DNA of 64,000 nt. Source: Kiritimatiellia bacterium. Its GTDB lineage: Bacteria > Verrucomicrobiota > Kiritimatiellia > RFP12 > UBA1067. Numbering within the stretch: the first letter of the stretch is position 1; every line of letters begins with the position of its first letter. Position numbers and translations under genes: made by a program. The stretch covers positions 6,051-70,050 of the forward strand of contig JAZLMG010000023.1 of NCBI GenBank assembly GCA_045598585.1. Direction: 5' to 3'. Shown here piece by piece: positions 26,401 through 35,100 of this stretch. The notes under the pieces are model-generated. The model ran no database searches. It was not told the origin of the DNA and was given only the letters and a program-made list of their open reading frames with translations.

Positions 26401-28498
26401 GATTGAAGTTTGGTGTGATTACTATATTGAGAGCTTCTATAACTTGAGCGATAGTAATTGGGGCTACTCTTTATGGAAGGGTGATGATGATTCGAATAAG
26501 CGCGGCACTATCAAGCTTTCGCCTGCGGTGAACGCCGCTGATCCTTCTCGCCTTATCTATCGTATGACTCGCCACACCGATGGCAGCGCCGATTACATTC
26601 CGCCGGTTGAGACGCCGAACACGGTAGTTCAGTATAACTTCCGCATTACCTTCAAGACGACTCAGGATGAAGATATTCATGAGGCCGCGCCGTTCAATCC
26701 TAATGATGTGAACCAGTGGACGATTCCCGAGTGGTACTATCCTGTCGATCTTAATGGCGACTATGCCGGCGCTTCCGCTTATACGATTATCGATAATGTC
26801 GCTCCTAAGCGTGCTTGGATTAACGAAGTTAACGCGTGGGATGCTCGTGACCTTAACCAAGAGGGTGCCATCGAGACTACTACCAACTCCTGGGTTGAAA
26901 TCGCCATTCCCTCCGGCGTAGACATGACCGATTGGCGTCTTGAGGCGGTTTCGACGGTTAATGACAAGAAGAAGATCATGACCTATGCGTTGATGACCTT
27001 CGGAGATGGCTGCGCCTCCTCGCTCTCGTCGAACGATCCTTTCGCGTTCTACGTCGTCGCGAACAAGAAGTCTGCCGTTGCTCATGATGCGGTAATGGAC
27101 ATTCCTTCTTATTCTTCGCTTGGCTATTCCGATCAAATTTTCGATGGTTCCGCTTTGAGCTACTATATGCCTTATGCACTTCGCCTTGTGCGTCCTACCG
27201 GCATTGTCGATCACGAGATACTTGTCGGTGCCGGCAATGAAGTCTATGAGCTTGATTCCATTTACGACGATTTGGTAGATGGCGAGACCGGTCATAATAA
27301 GACTGTGATTACCGCGATGGATAATGCTGCGGACTTTGACGCTCAAGGCAATTCCGTTACCGTTAGCATGAAGAATATCGCGATGTCCACCGATCTGGCG
27401 GCCTCTAAGTCGTGGGATAATACGATGACTGCGACGCCCGGTAAGATTAACATCGATCAGACGATTGCCGATGACTACGTGATCTATCCTAATGACGATA
27501 CTCTTCGCGTCCTTTGCACTGTCAGCGGTGAAGGTGGTATCGAGCAAGATATCGGTAATGGTCGTACAATCGACTCGCAGCTTACGACTGTTGCGAAGGG
27601 CAAGGGTGAAGCTGTTACGATTTGGTATTACCTCGCTCCTTGGTATGAGATCGGGACTATCTTCGTGAATGGTGTTGAGGTTGAGAACCTTCAGCTCGGT
27701 CGTGATGAAAATACCGGGGCTTACTCCTTTAGCTATGTGCCCGAGATGAATACGACGATTGAGGCCGTTTCGCGCACTACGAAGGTGCTTACTGATCTTA
27801 TCAATGACGAAGACTATCCGAACGGCAATCCTTACGAGAGCGCGATTCTTGATTGGATGAGGACGGAATATCCGACTTTGGATCCCGAAAAGCTTGCGAA
27901 TAACCTTACCGAGCTTGTGGATGCGAACGGCAATGTTTATGGTAATCTTACGCTTACAGAGATGTACTGGATTGGCGCTGATCCCTCGACCCCGGAATGG
28001 AAGCTTGTGTTCTGGAACTCCGCTCCTACGCCGGATGATAATATTGTTGACGAATTCGGCGATAGCGTTATCAGAATGACGCTTCACATCGAGTATACGA
28101 ATGGCGCCATCTCCAAGAAGTTGACGAATCTCGCTTCGAGGACCTATGGTATTAACAGTGCTAACTGGAAGAGTTCGGACGTTGAGGTTAAGTTCGAAGA
28201 CTGGACTTCTAATGGCCCGACGCTTCAGGTCATTGGCAGTCTCTGGGCCACGAGTCCGCATGGCGTTTCGCTTGCCGATCGATACGTCCCGATCAAGTGT
28301 TACATCCTCGATGCCAACTCTTTTGATGATAACTGCGAATGTGAGGTCTACTTGCCCGATCCCTTTGGTCCGCTTTCGATTACCGGTGCGTACCTCGATT
28401 GGAATAAGTATTCTCGCGATACCTTCGTCGGCTGGAAACTCCAGCTCGGCGAGCGCTCTGAAAAGCTCCCCGGTTACTCACTCGACTACCTTCGCTAA
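20459..28498 (+). CDS. giant secreted protein (~2,679 aa) with N-terminal DUF2341-like and LamG/ConA-like lectin domains
   Basis: Signal peptide MKNLLNKLLIMALAGGLGLLARAAA. DUF2341-like segment at ~20600-20850 (LPVLIKV…GSDIRFSQNNVILPHEMV…YVSFSFWVRVP…ITMHWG). LamG-like segment at ~20990-21450. The rest is uncharacterised beta-rich sequence. The ATG at 20459 is 2 nt after the pseudopilin stop. The track ORF starts at TTG 20453. Confidence 0.9.
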   Translation: MKNLLNKLLIMALAGGLGLLARAAAPTMFVDSLELKVGSITDETKSFEGLPVLIKVYESDEKFPGFMISRTGGLDGNGSDIRFSQNNVILPHEMVAAEEDENGKYVSFSFWVRVPTVAKDSTITMHWGVKDGQRPPANRSSLVWSDYIAVWHDAPYSAKTVKDVSENNRDASRDEDGNLYVSGLGLTGPFTISARYIGDGIDVNAYPGGESNIEKNLIFGNFLRNQYGWGADVYFVNQYCGRVTSGGKNGYAAKANMNPNTVTAWHNVAFVGNDDFTYSFYVDNTNIGHNGDTQNFTHTSSTVPLRLARAGYSAKEIRLSEKALSLDRLKEEVKAEGENYVTLADGAQHVIAQGENYWVREPSLSPLAFSDPSKVILDVGQAKFGGPSPTSFSVQDAAGKKKFSGGFADLADPEKNPAGFGAYRVVVTTSDIDNEGKPIKQFQKIIYFAYVSEVMSQDLRDNQTMLFNDIEGSDKINDQSFILGSNWIHPTVVETNDVEYTRVADEHLTHKRGWRLRYGTIGNSRESDAVGSDLDPLKNYLPFGKDVGALSYKNPGAAAEDLIDAGAAILYNYSDKTDPAAVYSPVYTQGIGEVYFDAVNMDCDYRNRLELQYMTLSDVTNALGRADATMDEITNDLWANAKHTFGALEILQIKEGVKANVWTNRSYVPLMMTKNSDKANTSSFYRVRAKLNVAEPVIFRIARTDSSWGAGGLTGPGKILVDNILVSDPTTVVKLHRLEDTWDPERDFGKYLHGDRGTLTKRFPKVGDTNVRAKVAVTYEGFGSNELATRAKNVAALIFKYRRRYLNANLGEKGEWKSVRMECADPESGSIFMTPESEPLDLGEEGESAFDVEYAFEYTPNPTSYDYFDYFGLADCSFAARAMDSATTLPYRGVDEGITHTPTLGDDFFFRLREGASDYEQMELLWQFADEKGATSSIVTNNLHLIDDHLWTGAITVTNANARFGFKMRGVNKNELGENGYWILDTDDKDVESSPYSTIAMALQGEQDELAGYKWLSADVVKNTRQFVVRFNDNTGAFSICRGDYQDFNHWTDAAAKSEDKFVAHAGQVGDDGVTIPIANSILQQRYPSDPSKNVFEDWQENVSSDELWQEKFTTTWNENEQARTGTTLLGTTTGERTFNNGWVGHNFMYVNESLNNLFSSSYNSRAALLEGKGRGSFECDESSRYPDGIGEINFDARLGQQHTYDRISTYQPNGDDFTDKDYLVSTRVVMSSRATSATDLGFDGQGTVSIFAYHNASGSYEFRMKRLSRNELELGLYRWYQEKTGAPLKVKEIYRAVRNATSYDSDTNAGRVPGTTLCSTKLADGEGENTTAYVAFLSVKSIYEGEGANRTFVGNQLYAGFTNNNGAGGAFSNRPSVATDIAGREMKWHSFYAQDRGFTDSNNRQVKPLRNGTFGFLSTDCPARFMRPQVHNALDRISGRNLAYADTIALPPVRVDDGNTYIKSQKNDSDAKNDFWDHWYIAPSADIGKWNVLNEDYYGIVTPEVTQKIVVSTRPKNSSEWTEFKKVDVASFNYSSITIPAHTTTPTCVRLSTYDDGDDSPRCDVILDNLEMTQWHATTTANLSSLDNDKFVFTGVWTESVKGSKKAEFWPLRVATDELQTIRSPFLEHGIGAISISYDLETLDERAVLDIEYVSAEDLADYNVVNYTNNSRYQDEWQQYKRFNYDDLVAAGGRITEYIGLRGKPSLIRLRVPQSVIEAAHTDTDNGKYGRIDIKSIAVWDEPNVDERSWTAWNVRVANANTAAKEYVSYDKLLNIDSWLDRSETSGMSMELNNGILDIAENDPDFYRAHLPYIQSPALTTPEDKNSGITVGEINFRARKSGFDTEDACVGIYAVKDLKGDDKDMVLVGTTNLTSTAWQNITIKNKESGVMAIRLVIMDKDAEGNPVHSDRALFDELSVTERVDPNVVVTFARPFRSDLSFTAPVATITLPEEQPLCREEFGIQCELALKQLEPVIIPETIEVWCDYYIESFYNLSDSNWGYSLWKGDDDSNKRGTIKLSPAVNAADPSRLIYRMTRHTDGSADYIPPVETPNTVVQYNFRITFKTTQDEDIHEAAPFNPNDVNQWTIPEWYYPVDLNGDYAGASAYTIIDNVAPKRAWINEVNAWDARDLNQEGAIETTTNSWVEIAIPSGVDMTDWRLEAVSTVNDKKKIMTYALMTFGDGCASSLSSNDPFAFYVVANKKSAVAHDAVMDIPSYSSLGYSDQIFDGSALSYYMPYALRLVRPTGIVDHEILVGAGNEVYELDSIYDDLVDGETGHNKTVITAMDNAADFDAQGNSVTVSMKNIAMSTDLAASKSWDNTMTATPGKINIDQTIADDYVIYPNDDTLRVLCTVSGEGGIEQDIGNGRTIDSQLTTVAKGKGEAVTIWYYLAPWYEIGTIFVNGVEVENLQLGRDENTGAYSFSYVPEMNTTIEAVSRTTKVLTDLINDEDYPNGNPYESAILDWMRTEYPTLDPEKLANNLTELVDANGNVYGNLTLTEMYWIGADPSTPEWKLVFWNSAPTPDDNIVDEFGDSVIRMTLHIEYTNGAISKKLTNLASRTYGINSANWKSSDVEVKFEDWTSNGPTLQVIGSLWATSPHGVSLADRYVPIKCYILDANSFDDNCECEVYLPDPFGPLSITGAYLDWNKYSRDTFVGWKLQLGERSEKLPGYSLDYLR

Positions 28499-28583
28499 CA
28501 GGTAGTCGAGAAGTAATCAAAAAGTAATCAACAGACTTGTTCACAAAAAAATCTCTTTTTATTCCCACAAAAGGAGTAAAAAG

Positions 28584-28592
28584 TGGTATAAT
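28584..28592 (+). promoter_or_regulatory. extended -10 box TGGTATAAT upstream of the lipoprotein / 6,654-aa gene pair
   Basis: Located in the 215-bp gap after the 2,679-aa gene, ~120 nt upstream of the ATG at 28714. Confidence 0.4.
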
Positions 28593-28713
28593 ATTAAGTG
28601 AACATGGACATATTGACTCTGCACATATCTACCGTTATAAACATGGTGAATAAATGCGGCGCGTTACACCCTGGTGTGACGCGTGAAGGTCGTTGTTTTT
28701 CGGAGGTGGTGAA

Positions 28714-29100
28714 ATGCGCATAAGACCCTTGATTTTATTGGCTGTAATTGCGCTTGTTGTCGGTTGCGAAAAAGCTCCCGAAGCGCCGAAAGAAGTGCCC
28801 GAAGTGTACACGATGAAAGACAATTCGTACATGGAAGATCCGGCGTTTCAATTAAAACTCCGAGAACTGCGCGAGGCGCGCGGGGGGGTCGAAAGCCGTC
28901 GCGAGAAGATTTTGTCCCGACTCGCCTCTTTGGACGAAAGTGAGAGTGCGAAGCGCGCGGAGCTCCAAAAAATGCTTGATGAAGCAAATACCGAACTCGA
29001 AAATATCCGTCAGCGGGTAATCGTGGTATCGCGTGATCGTATCAACCAAGCCGTCGCCGACACCAAGCTTGTCGAAGAAGGTAAGGCCAAGGCCAAGTAA
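28714..29100 (+). CDS. small coiled-coil lipoprotein
   Basis: MRIRPLILLAVIALVVGC|EK (lipobox), followed by a helical, charged region. GGAGG at 28702-28706. The track ORF starts 7 codons earlier at TTG 28693. Confidence 0.75.
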   Translation: MRIRPLILLAVIALVVGCEKAPEAPKEVPEVYTMKDNSYMEDPAFQLKLRELREARGGVESRREKILSRLASLDESESAKRAELQKMLDEANTELENIRQRVIVVSRDRINQAVADTKLVEEGKAKAK

Positions 29101-29115
29101 GGATTTAAATTTAAC

Positions 29116-32100
29116 ATGAAAGCAGGTAACAATATGATGAAGAAATTCCTCTCGCTCATTGCCGCGTTCACTCTCTCGACGCTTGCGGCTTCCGCTGCCG
29201 ACGTCTGGAAGATGTATACGATTCAGGATCGCTACAATCCTACAACGCCGAAGAAGTATACCGCGGCGACGCCCGTTGTCCCCGGTAATACGGTTACTTT
29301 CGCGGTTGAAATCCTTAACAAGGGTTCGGCTTACAATACTACCAAGGATGATGGGGCTCTTCCCACTACCCTTGGAACACCTTGGGGCTTTGTTAATAGC
29401 GGAACCGGTTTCGATGCCGCTTATCCGACGATTTCCGTAAGTGTCGGCGGTCGCCGCGACGAGGCCTCGATTGTCGGCGTATATACCTCGGCTTCGGCGG
29501 GCTATGCTACGGCTCTCGTCTGCGAATATGTCGTCAAACCCGGCGATTTGGCTCGTCCGCTCAAGATTTGGAATAATGAATTCATCGTTACCCCCACCAT
29601 CGGCGGTACCACTATCGGTATCAAGAATAGCGATGGTACGATTTCGACCCCTCAGTGGGGTGATGGCTGGGTCGCGCCTGTAAAGACCGCTAGCCAGGGC
29701 GCAAAGATCGAAACTTCTGAGTCTTATAACTCGGAAGAACGTTTGAACAAGACGCTCGCCGGTTCCAATATCTATGTCGAAGGCGTTCGTTTTGCGACTT
29801 CCGCCCCTGAAAGTAACTCCGCGCCCGGGACTTGGCTCTCGGTTCGCGCCAACTCGACCGAGCTTTTCGGTGGCGAAGCGGCGATCGAAGTGACCGGTGT
29901 TTCGACCTCGAATGGTGCTTCTACTCTCTATATTTGGTCCGGTAATGAAGATGTTATCGATATCGTCGGCGATTCGAACGTCCTCAAGCTCGTTGAGATC
30001 GATCCGAATGCGGAAGTGATTTACAATCCTAGCGACAATCTCGCCGACAAGAAGACCGCCAATGTTTATCAGCTTGTCTTCGCTCAGGGTTCTTGCCGTT
30101 TCAAGCTTCACGCGAAGGATGGTACTTACGATGCCAATAATCGTAAGAGCGCGAAGATTTATGTTTCCACCATGCCCGGCATGGTTCTCAACAACGCGAC
30201 TACAATTATCAACGACTTCATTGAAGCGACGGTTGATGTCATCGCTCCTTCGAAGCCCTCGGTTTGGGTTCGCCTTGATGGCGCTTATGAGCGCGCCGTT
30301 GTTATCGGCTCCGCTTCCCAGCCCAAGATGACCTTGTCGCTCTCCGGGCGCAGCTTCAATGAAACCGTTAAGGTTGACCTCAAGGTCACCTACAATGGTA
30401 TCGAAGAAGATGCGACGACGCCCGAGTTCATCGTTCTCGGCACCGAGTCGGTTAAGGAAACGCGCAACAACATCCTTTCTTACGAGTTCGACCCCGGTGA
30501 GACCGAGAAGGAGATCCACTATTTCTTGAGAGGTGTCCCGGCGGGCGGCAGCTTCTTAATTACTCCTATTTGCAACAAGGTCGCGACGATCGACTGCCAC
30601 GAAGCGCACATGGTCGTGATGCCGAATCCTGCGATTACGAAGGTTGAGGCGAAGGGCTTCCAATCCGGCCGCGCCGGCAAGGTTACCGTTACGATCACCG
30701 ACTCCGAGCGTAACTTCACGCTTGCCGACGATTACAAGGTCGAGTGGTTCTTGAACACCGCTGATGACACTCCTGCTACGGTCAAGAGCGTTACATTCGC
30801 CGACGGTAAGTTCACGCTCACCGGTATTGAGTATAAGCTTCCGGGTAACTATACGAGCCGTGTCGCGGTTACGACTCCTGATGGTGTTACCGTTTCCACC
30901 GATGTCGAAGTTATCGTCAAGGAACTTACCGTCGCGAAGCTCGTTCGCGCGGATGGTACGGCGCTCAAAGAAGCTGTCGGCGAAGATGGTGCCGAGTATA
31001 AGATCGTTCTCGAGCCGAATCCCGGTCACGAAGGCGACCTCTATGCCTATATCGTGGCGACGGATGACGCGGGCGAAAAGCTTATCAAGACGACCGATCA
31101 GGCGCTTCCTTATGCGATGACTGACCGCGCCGGTCTTGACGTGACGAGCGGCGCGACCGAGCCGTTCATGATTAACTTTAATGATAACGGCGTGGTTTCG
31201 GTCACGGTTGTTCTCTCGACCTCGGCTTACTATGATGATACGACTGATGAGACCTATGGCCTCTCGACCGCTAAGCTCAACGTGAAGAACATCGCGGCGG
31301 TTGTCGGTAAGTTCCGTGTCCAGCCCCATGGCAAGACGACTTGGAGCTCCGCCTCGGCTAAGTCAGTTGCCGGTAAGGAATATGCCTACGAAGCTACCTA
31401 CACGGGAACGCTTAAGAGCGAAGAAGAATACAAGCTTCAGGCCTCGATTACCGATGTCACGAACGATCTCGGCTCCGATGTTATCGTCGAATGGCGCGTT
31501 CTTGATGCCGATGGTAACCAGACGGCTATTTTCTACACGAAGACGAAGCCCACGAGCGGTTGGGTCTCGTGTCCTGAGATTCCCGAGTTGACTTGGGAAG
31601 GCAAGCATTTCGTCGAAGTTCGCGCTCTCGATAAGGATCAGATCGCCGCGCTCGTCGTCGGCAATGAAGCCGTTGAAGCGCTTAACGACGATGCGAATTA
31701 TACCGACGGCTTGTTCAACGAGACCTTCGGCCCTGGCGATACGCCGCTCTTTGAAGACTTCGGTACCAATGTAGTCGCGACCCGCTTGGCTCTTACCGTT
31801 ACCAACAAGCCCGGTATGACGGTTGCGCTTGACCGCTTCGCGTATCCTTCCGAAGACGGCACATACCTCGGCTGGCTCGAAGGCGCCGAAGAGCACGAGG
31901 TCACGATTACGCTCGATCAGAATGTGACCGGTGTCAAGGAATCGAAGTTCGATGTTACAATTCTTACGATCGATGATAAGGTTCCTGCGATTACCGATTT
32001 GGCGATTTCCGGAAGCGCTGTCAATAACAAGACTACCGTCACGATTGCCGCGAACAAGAAGACCGCTTCTTTCAAGCTTGTTACGAAGGACGGCAACAAC

Positions 32101-35100
32101 TCCGCGAAGTATAAGATCAACGTTAAGGAACAGGCGCGTCAGGACGGCTCGGTTCAGTTCGCCGATAGCGAAGGCGATTGCACGTTTGCGATTTATAACC
32201 GCACGCCCCAGCTCACGATTTTGAGCGGCGAAGTTATCTCCGATGACAACAACGTTTCTCTTTCGACGAATGCGATTGTCGTCTCCGTTGGCCAGAAGAT
32301 CAACCTCAAGTGGGGTCTCGTCGATGGTTCCGAGACGAATGTAAACGGTAACTGGGACGGCACGACCGTTACCTGGTATAATGGCGAAACCGGCAAGACG
32401 ATTGTCGATAAAGCTGTCCCGAACGCTGAAGGCGAGGGTGAGCTCTCCGTCGCGTTCAAGTCGCCTACCGCCGAAGGTGTTACCTACTCGCTTCGCGTCA
32501 CTTGGGCCGATAAGGATAAGGCCGGCGCTTCGATGACCTGGAAGATCACGGTCGTCGCCGCAAAGACGATTACCCTCTACCCGATGGGTCCGTCGACCGG
32601 CGTTAACTCCACGGGTCTTAACTACCTCTTCCAGAATGCTCTTGGTCTTGGTGCCGGTAAGGTTGAAGTCTATGAATATGCCAAGAACGAGGTGACCGAG
32701 CCGACGGTCTCTAATCACCGCCAGGAATGGACGCTCCCCGGCAATCCTTCCGCCGTTCAGATTTATGCTGAGGGCTACAAGTGGGCTGACGGCGACAACA
32801 AGGGCTATACCCAGTATGAACAGTTCGGAACTGAAGGCGGCGAAAAGTACACCTATAACTACGCTGATCCGCTTTTGAACCGTGCGCGTGATTCGTTCTT
32901 CTATGGCTGGCTTGAAGCCGCACAGGCTGAGAATTCCTCGGTTTACACGGTTACCCGCGTCGGTATGCCCGCTCCCGGCAAGAGCAACGTCTACGAAGTC
33001 TCGCTTCCTACGACCCGCAATGATGATGGCGCGTTCCCGCGCATCATTTACGAAGCGATCTTCTCGCGCGAATCCCGTGAATCCGATAACTGCGGTGATA
33101 TTAACCAAGATGGCATTCCGGATGCTTATGTGACAAAGTTCAAGTTTGGTGTCATTAACGAGGAGAACGAGCTCGCCGGTACTTCCGTTGATATCGATAC
33201 GAACTTGAAGGACTTCAACGAAGATAACGACTTCCTTCCTAGCGCCTCGAGCCAGGGTGGTATTGTTCCCGGACCTCAGTCCAACTGGGCCAATGAGCAG
33301 CACGCTTTTACCGCTTATCAGGAAATCCGTGGTTTCGGCGATGGTCTCAATAACTTCTACTTTGAGGATAACATGGTCGCGAATGCGTCTCGTGTCGGTC
33401 CTCCCGCTGGCACGGCTCGTGACTTTACCCGCGCTGAAGAAATCGCCTTCCAGTTGGCGACGCGCGAAGCTGAGTCCGCCCTCAGTAATGGTGCTCACTC
33501 GAGCCAGCTTACGAGCTCGGCTACCGATACCGCCGTCTCCGCGATGCAGGAAATCGCGAACGCCTTCGTCGATAAAGAAGACGGCGCGATTAAGGCCTAT
33601 ATCGAGGAGCTTGCTACCGCGTCCGAAATGGACTATGTCTATAGCTATCTTAACAAGCAATATCCGCTTCACGCGCTCAATTCCGCGATGAATCCCGATC
33701 GTACGGCCTACAACGAGTTCCTCGCTGATACCGAGGAGCTTGATAAGAAGAAGGCCGAGGGTCACAACGCTAAGGTTAAGTCGCTTACTTCCTCGCTGAA
33801 GAACTCGATTGCCGAGACGCTTAAGACGGCCTATGAAAACGGCCTAAAGCAGGTGAATAACGACATTTCGACCTACGCTCTTAACCACAAGATTGAGGTT
33901 GAAGGTGTCGAACAGCTCTCGGTTAAAGAAGAGCTTTGGAATCCCGATATCATGGGTGCGAAGTGGGGCAATAAGGGCGGCGACATCGCAGCCGTTACCA
34001 ACAAGTATGTCCTTTGCGTGAAGGAGGGCTTCACCGCGAATGCGACGAAGGTCGTTGAGGATAATGGCGAAACGGCGATTTATATTGCCGTCCGCAGCGC
34101 GCTTGAAAAGATGGCTGAAGAAACCGGTGCTGCTGCTCCTACCGTGTACGATGGAGATATCGAAGTTAATATCGATCTTGAGCAGTTTGCCTCGACGCTC
34201 GACTCGAAGATCAACGTCGATCAGATTGCCGCGACCGCCGAAACGGTTGTCGGTTCGATCTTCCGTTGGACGCCAGAACGTCCTACCGATCCTACCGTTT
34301 CCGATACCGATGGCGACGGAATTCCCGACGGCTATGAATACTGGTACTGGTATCGTGCTCATGTCGGCTGGATGCAGGAATGGTCCTATAATGGTGTAAC
34401 CGTTACGAACTATTGCCGTCTTGGCCTTGATACTCGTGAGTTCGAGTGGACCGAGATGGTTAAGGATGCTGCGGGCAATCTCGTTGAGAAGAAGTTCTCG
34501 AACGATTGGACGAAGCCCGATGGTTGGAGGAATACTCCCGGCAAGCCTATGCCCGGTGACAACCGTTGCAAGAAGTTCGACTACGCCGAACCCTTGTCCT
34601 ACAAGTACATTTCCTCCGCCGAGATCAAGAAGATCTACGACCCGCTCGTTAAATCCGGCATGAACTTCGCGACTGTCGATACCGATAACGACGGTCTTCC
34701 CGACCAGCTCGAACTCGAAATCGGCACCGATCCTTTCAATTGCGATTCCGATGGCGATGACATGATCGATGGTTGGGAACACGCCAATGGTCAGGATCCG
34801 CTTACTTGGAACGATTCGAACGATAAGGACTCGACCTTGCGCAATCGCGACGGCGATATGATGGCGATCGGTAAGATCCACTACCTCGCCTTTACCGCCG
34901 GCGGTAAGAAGCATGTCTGGCTCGTCCCGAATCTTGGTTATACGATAGATGGAAAGGGTCTCGACCTTATCGCGTCCGAGCTTACTCATATCCAGAATGG
35001 TGTCGTTACCCAGCGTGTAACGCTCAAGAACCTTACTACTCCGATTCCCGCTGCCGTCTTCTGCGATGGCGAAGCGGAATATAAGTATCCTACCACGACC

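Noticed and set aside
28512-28683. Direct repeat AGTAATCAA x2 (28512-28520, 28523-28531; the second resembles a DnaA-like box). Also an 11-bp hairpin CGCGTTACACC/GGTGTGACGCG (28660-28683) in the leader of the lipoprotein/giant operon.
   Set aside because: The repeat is short and could be chance. The hairpin is not followed directly by a U-run, so it is not a canonical terminator. There is no basis for a specific regulatory call without transcript or conservation data.
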